From assembly GCA_030529235.1 (NCBI GenBank), contig JAUMXF010000002.1, positions 1 to 59,248 of the forward strand: 59,248 nucleotides of DNA. Direction: 5' to 3'. Positions 29,801-37,539 of the stretch are shown piece after piece (position 1 is the stretch's first letter; each line of letters begins with the position of its first letter). The notes under the pieces were generated by a model. The model searched no databases and was not told the DNA's origin. It saw nothing but the letters and a program-made list of their open reading frames with translations. This DNA is from Pseudomonadota bacterium (GTDB taxonomy: Bacteria > Desulfobacterota > Desulfovibrionia > Desulfovibrionales > Desulfomicrobiaceae). Made by a program: the position numbers and the translations under genes.

Positions 29801-30472
29801 CTGCGCGAGTTCGACGGCTTCTCCATCGGCTCCAACGACATGACCCAGCTGGTGCTGGGCACGGACCGCGACAACGCGAGATTGCGCCGCATCTACGACG
29901 AAGAGGATCCGGCCGTGGTCTGGGCCATTTTGACGACCATATTCACCGGTCAGAAGTTCGGCAAAAAGGTCGGATTCTGCGGCCAGGGCGTGTCCAACTC
30001 CCGGGTCATCCGCGGTCTGGTGTGCATCGCCGGCATTGTTTCGGCGTCCGTTGTGCCGGATACTTACCAGCAGACCAAGCTGGACATGGCCGAAGTGGAG
30101 GCCGAGAATATCTCCGTGTCGGGTCTGGGCGCATGGCTTTCGGAACAGCATCTGGAGCGGCTGCATATGCTCATGGCTGAAAACCGCTACGAGCATATCC
30201 TGAAGAAGAGCACTTCGGGGCCCGATCTGCTGGAATGGTACGAAGGCGAGCTGGCCAGACTGCACGAACAGCTTCAGAGCAATCTGGGCAGTATGAAGGA
30301 AGAGTTCTACCGTCAGGAACTGGCCTCCTTCCGGGATATCTTCCACAAGCAGGTCATCTACGCCACCTGGGACTGGGAAACCACGGTTCTGGACGCCCTG
30401 CATCAGGGGGGCTTCGCCACGTTCGAGGAACAGGCCCAGGCTCTGGAGGCCCAGCGGGCCAAAACCTGGTAG
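26879..30472 (+). CDS. ppsA: Phosphoenolpyruvate synthase (long form, 1197 aa)
   Basis: VGGK, AVRSSA..ED, FAGLQDTYL, QARPET, GGDTSHAAI (phospho-His), NPMLGYRG and FSIGSNDMTQL motifs. Confidence 0.93.
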   Translation: MSESDKKSSRKKSEKTAEAPATPERIEEIQKQLVLTGKDIVTIGEDAELLVGGKNYNTAIISTIEGVRAPQFRAVSSIAFHKLLDETRVNAALVRSTVDKAYDSTDWADPEINKDSEFLQKFVRKIAQDVKDLARKQEGTLIRLRTFINNVVEGFAVSPEGIDQLRKRSVLVQAAILSVDLPRDVADAVRGAYLEICKEAGLENEPVAVRSSAAGEDSRKKAFAGLQDTYLNIVGENYVVQAYHWDCASAYNLRSMTYRREAILDAVAKAEQTGDDEIAVRAKQEWAIENTSLSVCIMRMINPVISGTAFSADTSTGCRGTVRKDLVSIDASYGLGEAVVSGLVTPDKFYVFQREDGQEVVIRYMGCKDKRIVYKESGRGTKVETVEDEMAYRWSLSLAQAESVARGVRLISKGYGGMIMDSEFCIDQWDRLWFVQARPETRWNEELETHPHTIFMRRKEVVESAAKEAEVLLEGNGASRGAGQGQVRYLRSALELNKISKGHVLAAERTDPDMVPGMRIASAIMADAGGDTSHAAITSRELGIPAVIGIKRLEKLRTLDGQDVTVDGSRGKVYRGLLPLVEVGGEIDVSQLPATKTKIGLILADVGQSLFLSRLRDVPDFEVGLLRAEFMLGNIGVHPLALEAYDLGGLDAVVSAKLTALEDDLTKIVSEQMAAGTISLDIKLRSYVGIITGLARKMEELTEREGAKGTDEVLAIHRQLRELDKKLDEHLEFATQRFEVLKTSHSLKDHVAVVMGYADELETLGNDPQSQRRRLEIQDAIARDVARIERDPVIVETLEKISALREDVAKKVGLQHEMDTVRTLPQRIQDILKSRGYRSGKELYIQSLAQGLALFSMAFHGKTVVYRTTDYKTNEYRNLLGGLLFEGHEDNPMLGYRGVSRNIHDWELEAFKLARGAFGGVNLHLMLPFVRTLEEARSMKRYLEQVHHIHSGDNGLKIILMSEIPSNAVLAKEFLREFDGFSIGSNDMTQLVLGTDRDNARLRRIYDEEDPAVVWAILTTIFTGQKFGKKVGFCGQGVSNSRVIRGLVCIAGIVSASVVPDTYQQTKLDMAEVEAENISVSGLGAWLSEQHLERLHMLMAENRYEHILKKSTSGPDLLEWYEGELARLHEQLQSNLGSMKEEFYRQELASFRDIFHKQVIYATWDWETTVLDALHQGGFATFEEQAQALEAQRAKTW

Positions 30473-30526
30473 AAACGGTGCTGTGCGCGGGAATGGACAT
30501 GTTCCGCCCGCGCCGTATTTCTTTTC

Positions 30527-30548
30527 AGGCGGCTTCGGCCGCCTTTTT
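30527..30548 (+). terminator. Intrinsic terminator after ppsA
   Basis: AGGCGGC-TTCG-GCCGCCT followed by TTTT, with a cUUCGg tetraloop. Confidence 0.8.
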
Positions 30549-30551
30549 GGT

Positions 30552-31256
30552 ATGCTTTACTGGAAAGATCTCCCTGTCACTGTCGTCCGGAATCCGCGGG
30601 CACGCAGAGTCTGGCTGAAAATGCGCTCCTGCCGGGGGCTCGAAGTGGTGCTGCCCTTTGACGTATCATTAAGAGACCTTCCGGCCATTCTGGACCGTCA
30701 TGCCGGATGGATCGAGAAACGGCGGGCCGTCCTGGAATCCCGGGGCGAAGGCCCGGGCCAGCCGTTTTTGCCGGACTCCGTGCGGCTGGTCTTTGTGGGG
30801 CGCGACTATGCCGTGAACTACGTCCATGGTCCCAGAGCCGGACTGACGGCGCGGAAAGAGGAGCTGGCCGTGACCTGTCCGCCGGGCCGGGAGATTCTGG
30901 CCGCGAGGCTGCTGCAACGCTTTCTGGTACAGGAGGGCAAGCGCCATCTTGTTCCGGCCTGCCGTGGGCTGGCGGATGCCTGCGGCGTCACCGTGAGTGC
31001 CGTTTCCGTGCGCAACCAGAAAACCCTGTGGGGGAGCTGTTCCGCGCGGGGCGGAATCAGTCTGAACGCCCGGCTTCTGTTGCTGCCGCAGGAACTGGCG
31101 CGCCATGTCATGCTGCACGAGTTCTGCCATGTGTTTCACCGCAATCACGGGTGTGGCTTTCGGGAACGGCTGCGCGCCCTTGACCCCATGACTTCTGTGC
31201 ACGAAAAAGCCTTGCGCCGCGCCTGGGAAGAGCTTCCGGCGTGGACCAAACAATGA
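30552..31256 (+). CDS. YgjP/DUF45 (M48-like) metal-dependent hydrolase
   Basis: RNQKTLWGSCS..ISLN..L and HEFCH..HRNH motifs. Confidence 0.85.
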   Translation: MLYWKDLPVTVVRNPRARRVWLKMRSCRGLEVVLPFDVSLRDLPAILDRHAGWIEKRRAVLESRGEGPGQPFLPDSVRLVFVGRDYAVNYVHGPRAGLTARKEELAVTCPPGREILAARLLQRFLVQEGKRHLVPACRGLADACGVTVSAVSVRNQKTLWGSCSARGGISLNARLLLLPQELARHVMLHEFCHVFHRNHGCGFRERLRALDPMTSVHEKALRRAWEELPAWTKQ

Positions 31257-31284
31257 GTGGGCTTGCCGCCCGCAAGGAGGATTT

Positions 31285-31611
31285 ATGCGTTATGTGATGG
31301 CATTCTTGGCCGTGGCCATGCTGTGCGGATGCACGCAGGAAGCCCAGAATCAGCTGGGCCGGAAAATCCAGAACTGGACCGGGACCGACGGTGTGATGGA
31401 AATTTATGCCGGGGAGCAACTGGTACGGCGTTTCATCAAGGTGGACAAGTTGTCCACGGCCTATGGCACCTCCGACAGCCAGGCCAGAGGATACCGTTTC
31501 GGGTACGGCGTGCTGGACGTGAATCTGAATGGGCAGGTCGATAAGGGCGAAAAGAAAATTTACTTCGAGGTTTCGGAATTCTCCACCTATGTGTTTTACG
31601 AGCAGCCCTGA
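31285..31611 (+). CDS. Hypothetical lipoprotein
   Basis: Strong RBS AAGGAGG, a signal peptide ending in the lipobox LCG-C, and an EF-hand-like loop DVNLNGQVDKGE. Confidence 0.8.
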   Translation: MRYVMAFLAVAMLCGCTQEAQNQLGRKIQNWTGTDGVMEIYAGEQLVRRFIKVDKLSTAYGTSDSQARGYRFGYGVLDVNLNGQVDKGEKKIYFEVSEFSTYVFYEQP

Positions 31612-31748
31612 CCTGTAAGGAAGCTGCTCCGCGCCTGGCTTCTCCCGGGTCGAAAGCCGGGCCGGACATTGTCATTTCTTTTTGATGCCGGTATGTTTCG
31701 ACGCGTTTCCACCATGCCAACCCATCACGCACGACGCGAGGAGGCCAT

Positions 31749-32930
31749 ATGAAATTTCTCGATGAACTGGCTCTGGACGGAAAAAGAGTACTGATCCGGG
31801 TCGACTACAATGTGCCTCTGAAGGGAGAAACCATTGTGGACGACAACCGCATCAGGCAGAGCCTGCCCACTCTGCAGCTGGCGCTGGATCGGGGCGCGTC
31901 TTTGGTGGTGTGTTCGCATCTGGGCCGTCCCAAGGGTTCGCCCATGCCCGAATTTTCCCTGAAACCCGTGGCGCGTCGTCTGTCAGAACTTTTGGGCCGG
32001 GACGTGCTCATGGCTCCGGACTGCATCGGGCCGGAGGTCCGGTCCATGGCCGGATCCCTGAAACCGGGACAGGTGCTGCTGCTGGAAAATCTGCGCTTCC
32101 ATCCCGGCGAAACCAAGAACGATCCGGAATTCAGCAAGGAACTGGCCGCCTTGGGGCAGGTCTATGTCAACGACGCATTTGGCGCGTCTCACCGGGCGCA
32201 CGCTTCGGTGGTGGGTGTGACGGAGTTCATGGACGAGTGCTGCGGCGGTCTGCTGCTGAAAAAGGAATGGCAGTATCTGGGTGAGGCCCTGAAAGATCCC
32301 GCGCGTCCGTTCGTGGCCATCATCGGCGGCGCCAAGGTTTCCTCCAAGCTGGGCATTCTGAAAGCCCTGATGGAGAAGGTCGATTCCATGATCGTGGGCG
32401 GGGCCATGGCCAACACTTTCCGCAAGGCTCAGGGCCTGGAAGTGGGAACCTCGCTGGTGGAGGACGACCTGCTCGAAGAGGCCGTGGGCATCATGGTCGC
32501 GGCGCGGGAAAAGGGCGTCAAATTCTATCTGCCCGTGGATTTCATTCTGGGTACGTCGCCCACCGGTCCTGTGGGCGCGGGCGTGCGCACTTATCAGGAC
32601 ATTCCGGCCGACGCCATGATTCTGGACACGGGGCCGGCCTCGCACACGCTTTTCTCCGAGGTCATCAAGGACGCCAAAACCGTGATCTGGAACGGCCCCA
32701 TGGGTGCGTTCGAGAATCCGGCCTTTGCCCAGGGCTCCATCAACCTGTGCCGGGCGGTGGCGGCTGTGTCGGGCATGACCATACTTGGCGGCGGCGACAC
32801 CAACGTCATTGTGGAACAGACCGGCCTCACGGACAAGTTTTCCTTTATTTCAACGGGCGGCGGTTCTTTTCTGGAATTTCTGGAAGGCAGGGAACTGCCG
32901 GCGTTCACCGCTCTGGAGAAGAAATCATGA
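31749..32930 (+). CDS. pgk: Phosphoglycerate kinase
   Basis: RVDYNVP, SHLGRP, LENLRF, NDAFG, GGAKVS and STGGG motifs. Confidence 0.97.
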   Translation: MKFLDELALDGKRVLIRVDYNVPLKGETIVDDNRIRQSLPTLQLALDRGASLVVCSHLGRPKGSPMPEFSLKPVARRLSELLGRDVLMAPDCIGPEVRSMAGSLKPGQVLLLENLRFHPGETKNDPEFSKELAALGQVYVNDAFGASHRAHASVVGVTEFMDECCGGLLLKKEWQYLGEALKDPARPFVAIIGGAKVSSKLGILKALMEKVDSMIVGGAMANTFRKAQGLEVGTSLVEDDLLEEAVGIMVAAREKGVKFYLPVDFILGTSPTGPVGAGVRTYQDIPADAMILDTGPASHTLFSEVIKDAKTVIWNGPMGAFENPAFAQGSINLCRAVAAVSGMTILGGGDTNVIVEQTGLTDKFSFISTGGGSFLEFLEGRELPAFTALEKKS

Positions 32931-33682
32931 AAAAACTCATGGCCGCCAACTGGAAGATGTACAAGACGGTGGAGGAAGGTGCGGCCACGGCTGCGGAGTT
33001 GTGCAAACTGCTCGGCGGCCTGCCCGCCGACCGGGAGGTGCTTGTCTGTCCGCCTTTCACCATGCTTGGCGAGGTGGGCCGGGCTCTTGAGACCACGCCG
33101 GGCTGCTTTCTGGGCGCGCAGAATTTCTATCCGGCAAGACAGGGTGCCTTTACCGGAGAAATCGCCCCGGAACAGCTGCTGGCTCTGGGATGCACCTACG
33201 CTCTGGCCGGGCATTCCGAACGGCGGCATGTGCTCGGGGAAACGGACGAGTTTGTCGGCCGCAAGGTGGCCGCCGGGCTGTCCGCTGGACTGACCATGAT
33301 TCTGTGCGTCGGGGAAACCATCGAGGAGCGCCGGGAGGGCCGGGTGAGCGAGGTGCTGGCCCGCCAGCTGCGCACGGGGCTGGAGACGGCGCGGTGCGCG
33401 GCTTCGGCCGATCGCCTGTGTGTGGCCTATGAGCCGGTATGGGCCATCGGCACCGGTGAGGTGGCCGGACCCGAAGAAATTGTCGAGGCTCATGCCGTTG
33501 TCCGCGAGACGCTCATGTCCCTGCTGCCGGAAACAGGAACCGAAGTCCGCATTCTTTACGGCGGGTCCGTCAAACCCGAGAATGCCGCCGGTATTCTCCG
33601 CCTTGACAATGTGAATGGCGTGCTGGTAGGGGGCGCGAGCTTGAAAGCTGACAGTTTCAGCCGGATCGTTCTGGCTCAATGA
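32927..33682 (+). CDS. tpiA: Triosephosphate isomerase
   Basis: ANWKM, GHSERR, AYEPVWAIGTG, YGGSV and LVGGASL motifs. ATGA overlap with the pgk stop. Confidence 0.97.
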   Translation: MKKLMAANWKMYKTVEEGAATAAELCKLLGGLPADREVLVCPPFTMLGEVGRALETTPGCFLGAQNFYPARQGAFTGEIAPEQLLALGCTYALAGHSERRHVLGETDEFVGRKVAAGLSAGLTMILCVGETIEERREGRVSEVLARQLRTGLETARCAASADRLCVAYEPVWAIGTGEVAGPEEIVEAHAVVRETLMSLLPETGTEVRILYGGSVKPENAAGILRLDNVNGVLVGGASLKADSFSRIVLAQ

Positions 33683-33694
33683 GGAGGTAGCGTC

Positions 33695-34033
33695 TTGGAT
33701 TCCCTGATTATAACCATTCACATCATTGCCTGCGTCACCCTTGTGGTGCTGGTGCTGTTGCAGTCCGGCAAAGAAGGAATGGGCGTCATTTTCGGCGGCG
33801 GCGGCGGGAGTCTGTTCGGCTCCACCGGGGCGGGCGGCCTGCTCAGCAAGCTGACCGCTGGCGCGGCCACCATATTTTTCATTACTTCCATGGTGTTCAC
33901 CTACAGGAGCACTCAGCAGCACACCATCCCCAGGGAGTCCATTGTGCTCGACATGCCTGCCCCCGTGACCCCGGAAATCCCGGTTGTTCCCACGGAGCCG
34001 GCGGTTCCTCAGCCCGAACAGCCGCAGCAATAA
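33695..34033 (+). CDS. secG: Preprotein translocase subunit SecG
   Basis: VLLQSGK.GMG..FGGG..LFG..G with two TM segments. TTG start follows GGAGG. tpiA-secG-tRNA-Leu order. Confidence 0.92.
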   Translation: MDSLIITIHIIACVTLVVLVLLQSGKEGMGVIFGGGGGSLFGSTGAGGLLSKLTAGAATIFFITSMVFTYRSTQQHTIPRESIVLDMPAPVTPEIPVVPTEPAVPQPEQPQQ

Positions 34034-34116
34034 AAGACTGGACAAAGACCGGAGGCCCGCCTAAATAATGGACCGCATTCCGGATGGCGGAAAAATATCT
34101 GGAAAATTGATACCTT

Positions 34117-34201
34117 GTCGAAGTGGTGGAACTGGTAGACACGCTATCTTGAGGGGGTAGTGGGGTATCCCGTGGGGGTTCGAGTCCCCCCTTCGACACC
34201 A
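34117..34201 (+). tRNA. tRNA-Leu (anticodon GAG)
   Basis: Acceptor stem GTCGAAG/CTTCGAC, anticodon arm CTATC-TTGAGGG-GGTAG, long variable arm, T arm GGGGG-TTCGAGT-CCCCC, and encoded ACCA. Confidence 0.97.
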
Positions 34202-34209
34202 GCTGATTC

Positions 34210-34243
34210 AGGCGTTGCGGTTTCTCAGGCGCAACGCCTTTTT
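34210..34243 (+). terminator. Intrinsic terminator after tRNA-Leu
   Basis: AGGCGTTGCG-N10-CGCAACGCCT followed by TTTTATTT. Confidence 0.85.
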
Positions 34244-34415
34244 ATTTGCCTTCATGCATTCCCTTCTTATTATATCCCATCAGGGAAAAAGACATCCCCG
34301 GTTCATCCCTGAAGCAGACTTGAGAGTTGCACAGACCAGATGCGGAAGAATATTTGGTCCCAGCCGGAAAGCAGGTGCGGGACCAAAGCTGCATCGAATT
34401 TTTCAAGGAGGCTTT

Positions 34416-35354
34416 ATGTTTCGTTATTCCATATTCATTTCCATGATATTCATTTTCTGCGCCATTCTGATTTCCTGCGGTGGCGCGGCCCAGAAAGAAT
34501 CCAAAGGGGGAGCCATGCGCACTCTGACCGAACAGGAAGCCCGTGTCATCGTACATAAAGGCACCGAGGCTCCATTCACCGGCGAGTATCTGCACAACAA
34601 GCGGCAGGGGACATATGTCTGCCGTCAGTGTGGAACGCCGCTTTACCGTTCCTCGGACAAGTTCGACTCCGGCTGCGGATGGCCGAGCTTTGACGACGCC
34701 CTGCCCGGAGCCGTACGCCGCTCTCCGGATCCTGATGGGCACCGGGTGGAGATCACATGCGAGAACTGCGGCGGACATCTGGGACATGTCTTCGAAGGTG
34801 AACAGTTTACGGCCAAGAACACGCGCCACTGCGTCAATTCCATCTCCATGATTTTCGTCCCGGAAGAGAAAGCCTATTTCGCCGGAGGCTGCTTCTGGGG
34901 CGTGGAAGACGCTTTCAGCCATGTGGAGGGAGTGCTGGATGTCGCTTCCGGCTATATGGGCGGGCACACGGAGAACCCCACTTACGAGCAGGTTTCCAGA
35001 GGGCACACGGGGCATGCCGAGACCGTGTGCGTGACTTACAACCCGGAAGTAGTCGATTTTAAGACGCTGGCCCGGCTTTTTTTTGAAATCCACGATCCCA
35101 CGCAAAAAGACCGTCAGGGGCCCGATGTGGGCACGCAGTACCGCAGCGCCGTCTTCTACGGCAGCGAGGAACAGAAAACCGTGACCAAAGCCTTGGTGGA
35201 GGAACTGCGTGGCAAGGGCTGGGATGTGGTCACCCAGATTGCTCCGGCCGGAACATTCACCATGGCCGAGGACTATCATCAGGATTTCACCCGGCGTACG
35301 GGCCGGGGCGCATGCCACATTCGTGTTCCCCGCTTCGACCAGGGGCCACGCTGA
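34416..35354 (+). CDS. msrAB: Bifunctional methionine sulfoxide reductase MsrB-MsrA with a lipoprotein signal
   Basis: MsrB motifs GTEAPF, GCGWPSF, HLGHVF, RHCVNS. MsrA motifs FAGGCFWG, GHAE, DVGTQYRS, AEDYHQ. N-terminal hydrophobic stretch ends in LIS-C. Confidence 0.92.
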   Translation: MFRYSIFISMIFIFCAILISCGGAAQKESKGGAMRTLTEQEARVIVHKGTEAPFTGEYLHNKRQGTYVCRQCGTPLYRSSDKFDSGCGWPSFDDALPGAVRRSPDPDGHRVEITCENCGGHLGHVFEGEQFTAKNTRHCVNSISMIFVPEEKAYFAGGCFWGVEDAFSHVEGVLDVASGYMGGHTENPTYEQVSRGHTGHAETVCVTYNPEVVDFKTLARLFFEIHDPTQKDRQGPDVGTQYRSAVFYGSEEQKTVTKALVEELRGKGWDVVTQIAPAGTFTMAEDYHQDFTRRTGRGACHIRVPRFDQGPR

Positions 35355-35368
35355 AAAAAGAGGTGCAT

Positions 35369-36301
35369 ATGTCTGTCGCCGATTCCATGCTGGAACTGGT
35401 GGGCAATACGCCCCTGGTTCGTCTGAGCCGTCTGGGGCGGGACTGCCCGGCGGAGGTGGTGGTCAAGCTTGAATCCGCCAATCCGCTGTCCTCCATCAAG
35501 GACCGTATCGCCCTGAACATGATCCTCGAGGCCGAAAGCTCCGGGAGGCTGAAGCCGGGCATGACCGTGGTGGAGCCCACCAGCGGCAATACCGGAATAG
35601 GTCTGGCCTTTGTCTGCGCCGTACGCGGCTACCGGCTTGTCCTGACCATGCCGGAATCCATGAGCGTGGAGCGGCGTACCCTGCTCGCGGCTCTGGGCGC
35701 GGAACTGGTGCTCACTCCGGCTGCCGCCGGAATGGCCGGAGCCGTGGCCGAGGCGGAGAAAATTCTGGCGGCCACGTCTTCGGCTTTTATGCCGGACCAG
35801 TTCGCCAATCCGGACAATCCGGCCATGCATGAGAAAACCACGGCCCAGGAATTGTGGCGGGATGCGGAAGGACGCCTGGATGCCTTTGTGGCGGGCGTGG
35901 GCACGGGCGGCACCCTGACCGGCGTAACCCGGGCCCTGAAGAAATATAATCCCGATCTGTTGGCGGTGGCCGTGGAGCCCGCCGCCTCACCTCTTTTGAG
36001 CGGCGGGGCGGCCGGGCCGCACAAGATTCAGGGTATCGGGGCCAATTTCATTCCCAAAACCCTGGACCTCACTCTGGTGGACCGGATCATCCCCGTGGAT
36101 GCCGAAGAGGCCATGCGCACGGCCCGTCTTTTGGCCAGGGAAGAGGGCATTTTGTGTGGTATCTCGTCCGGAGCCAACGTATGGGCGGCCCTCAGCCTGG
36201 CCAAGGAGCCGGAAATGCACGGCAGGCGCATTGCCACGATTATCTGCGACACAGGCGAGCGTTATCTGTCCACTGAACTTTTCACCCCGGAACCAAGATG
36301 A
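35369..36301 (+). CDS. cysK: Cysteine synthase A
   Basis: SIKDR (PLP lysine), EPTSGNTG, GTGGT, HKIQGIG and GERYLST motifs. Confidence 0.96.
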   Translation: MSVADSMLELVGNTPLVRLSRLGRDCPAEVVVKLESANPLSSIKDRIALNMILEAESSGRLKPGMTVVEPTSGNTGIGLAFVCAVRGYRLVLTMPESMSVERRTLLAALGAELVLTPAAAGMAGAVAEAEKILAATSSAFMPDQFANPDNPAMHEKTTAQELWRDAEGRLDAFVAGVGTGGTLTGVTRALKKYNPDLLAVAVEPAASPLLSGGAAGPHKIQGIGANFIPKTLDLTLVDRIIPVDAEEAMRTARLLAREEGILCGISSGANVWAALSLAKEPEMHGRRIATIICDTGERYLSTELFTPEPR

Positions 36302-37188
36302 AAAATTCCCAGAGCGACATCATTCTGAACGATGTGGTAGAGCACCTGTGTCGGCCCGAATCTTACGCTGGCGTGTATCACCTGCCGTCTCTGGGCTCTC
36401 CCATGCCTTCGGCCGAAGCCCTGTCGGAAATGGTGGAAAGGCTGCGATCCGTGCTGTTTCCCGGTTTTTTTCAGGAATCTTACGTCACCCCCCAGAACAT
36501 GGCCTATTTTACGGGCTCCAAACTGGAGCAGGTGCGGCGTGAGCTGATCCGGCAGGTGGAACGCGGCTTCTGCTTCTTCTGCACCAAGGATGAGGACGCC
36601 TGTTCCCGGGAGTGTACGGAGCGGGCCGAGCGCATTGCCGGGGAATTCCTGAAGACCCTGCCGCACATCCGACACATGCTGGCCACGGACGTACAGGCGG
36701 CCTTCGCCGGGGACCCGGCGGCCAAGAATCCCGGAGAAACCATCTTCTGTTACCCGTCCATTCGGGCCGTGACCAACTACCGCATCGCCCATGAACTGCA
36801 TCTGCTCGGGGTGCAGCTCATTCCACGCATCATCACCGAACTGGCCCATTCGGCCACGGGTATCGATATCCATCCCGGCGCGACCATCGGCGAATCGTTT
36901 TTCATCGATCACGGCACGGGTACGGTCATCGGCGAAACGTGCATCATTGGCCGGAACGTACGCCTGTACCAAGGTGTGACCCTGGGAGCCAAAAGTTTCC
37001 CGGCGGAGGAAAACGGCCATCTGGTCAAGGGCATCGCCCGGCACCCCATCGTCGAGGATAATGTGATCATCTACTCCGGGGCCACGATTCTGGGCCGGAT
37101 CACCATTGGCGCAGGGGCCGTCATTGGCGGCAACATGTGGGTGGTGGAGGATGTGCCTCCGGGAAAGAAGCTGTATCGCGGCAATTGA
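36298..37188 (+). CDS. cysE: Serine O-acetyltransferase (EpsC-type)
   Basis: GDPAA, TGIDIHPGATIG, FIDHGTG, YQGVTLG and RHP motifs. ATGA overlap with cysK. Confidence 0.93.
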   Translation: MKNSQSDIILNDVVEHLCRPESYAGVYHLPSLGSPMPSAEALSEMVERLRSVLFPGFFQESYVTPQNMAYFTGSKLEQVRRELIRQVERGFCFFCTKDEDACSRECTERAERIAGEFLKTLPHIRHMLATDVQAAFAGDPAAKNPGETIFCYPSIRAVTNYRIAHELHLLGVQLIPRIITELAHSATGIDIHPGATIGESFFIDHGTGTVIGETCIIGRNVRLYQGVTLGAKSFPAEENGHLVKGIARHPIVEDNVIIYSGATILGRITIGAGAVIGGNMWVVEDVPPGKKLYRGN

Positions 37189-37539
37189 AAATACTGTCCG
37201 GTCCGTTGATTAAAGTCGTGCTTTTGGAAATCTTCCGTTAGATTGTAATTTTTGCATCTTCTCACCGCATATTTTCGGACAATATGGGCAATATGGTACT
37301 GAAGCAATCTGTACCCATCTTGATACGATGGATGCCTTTCCAGAGAGTCCTTTCATGAACTGACTTCTGGTTTGAGGCGATATTGCCTCCGTAGCTCCAG
37401 CCCCCCGGTGAATTGGGGCCGATGTTGACAGCATGGGCCGCTTGTTCAAGGATTCGGACATTGCCGGAGTCCATGGGCCGGTCAATATGCGCGGGACGCT
37501 TTCTCGTTCCGGTTCCTTCAATGGGAGTGCGGAATTCCG

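Noticed and set aside
26633-30403. 1256-aa minus-strand ORF, and similar long antisense ORFs at 13448-16423, 23961-26459, 9777-11819, 44498-46615 and 55992-57869
   Set aside because: They are antisense shadows of well-supported genes (ppsA, cheA, pyc, typA, tolAB, kinase), expected from GC-rich codon bias. They show no recognisable motifs.
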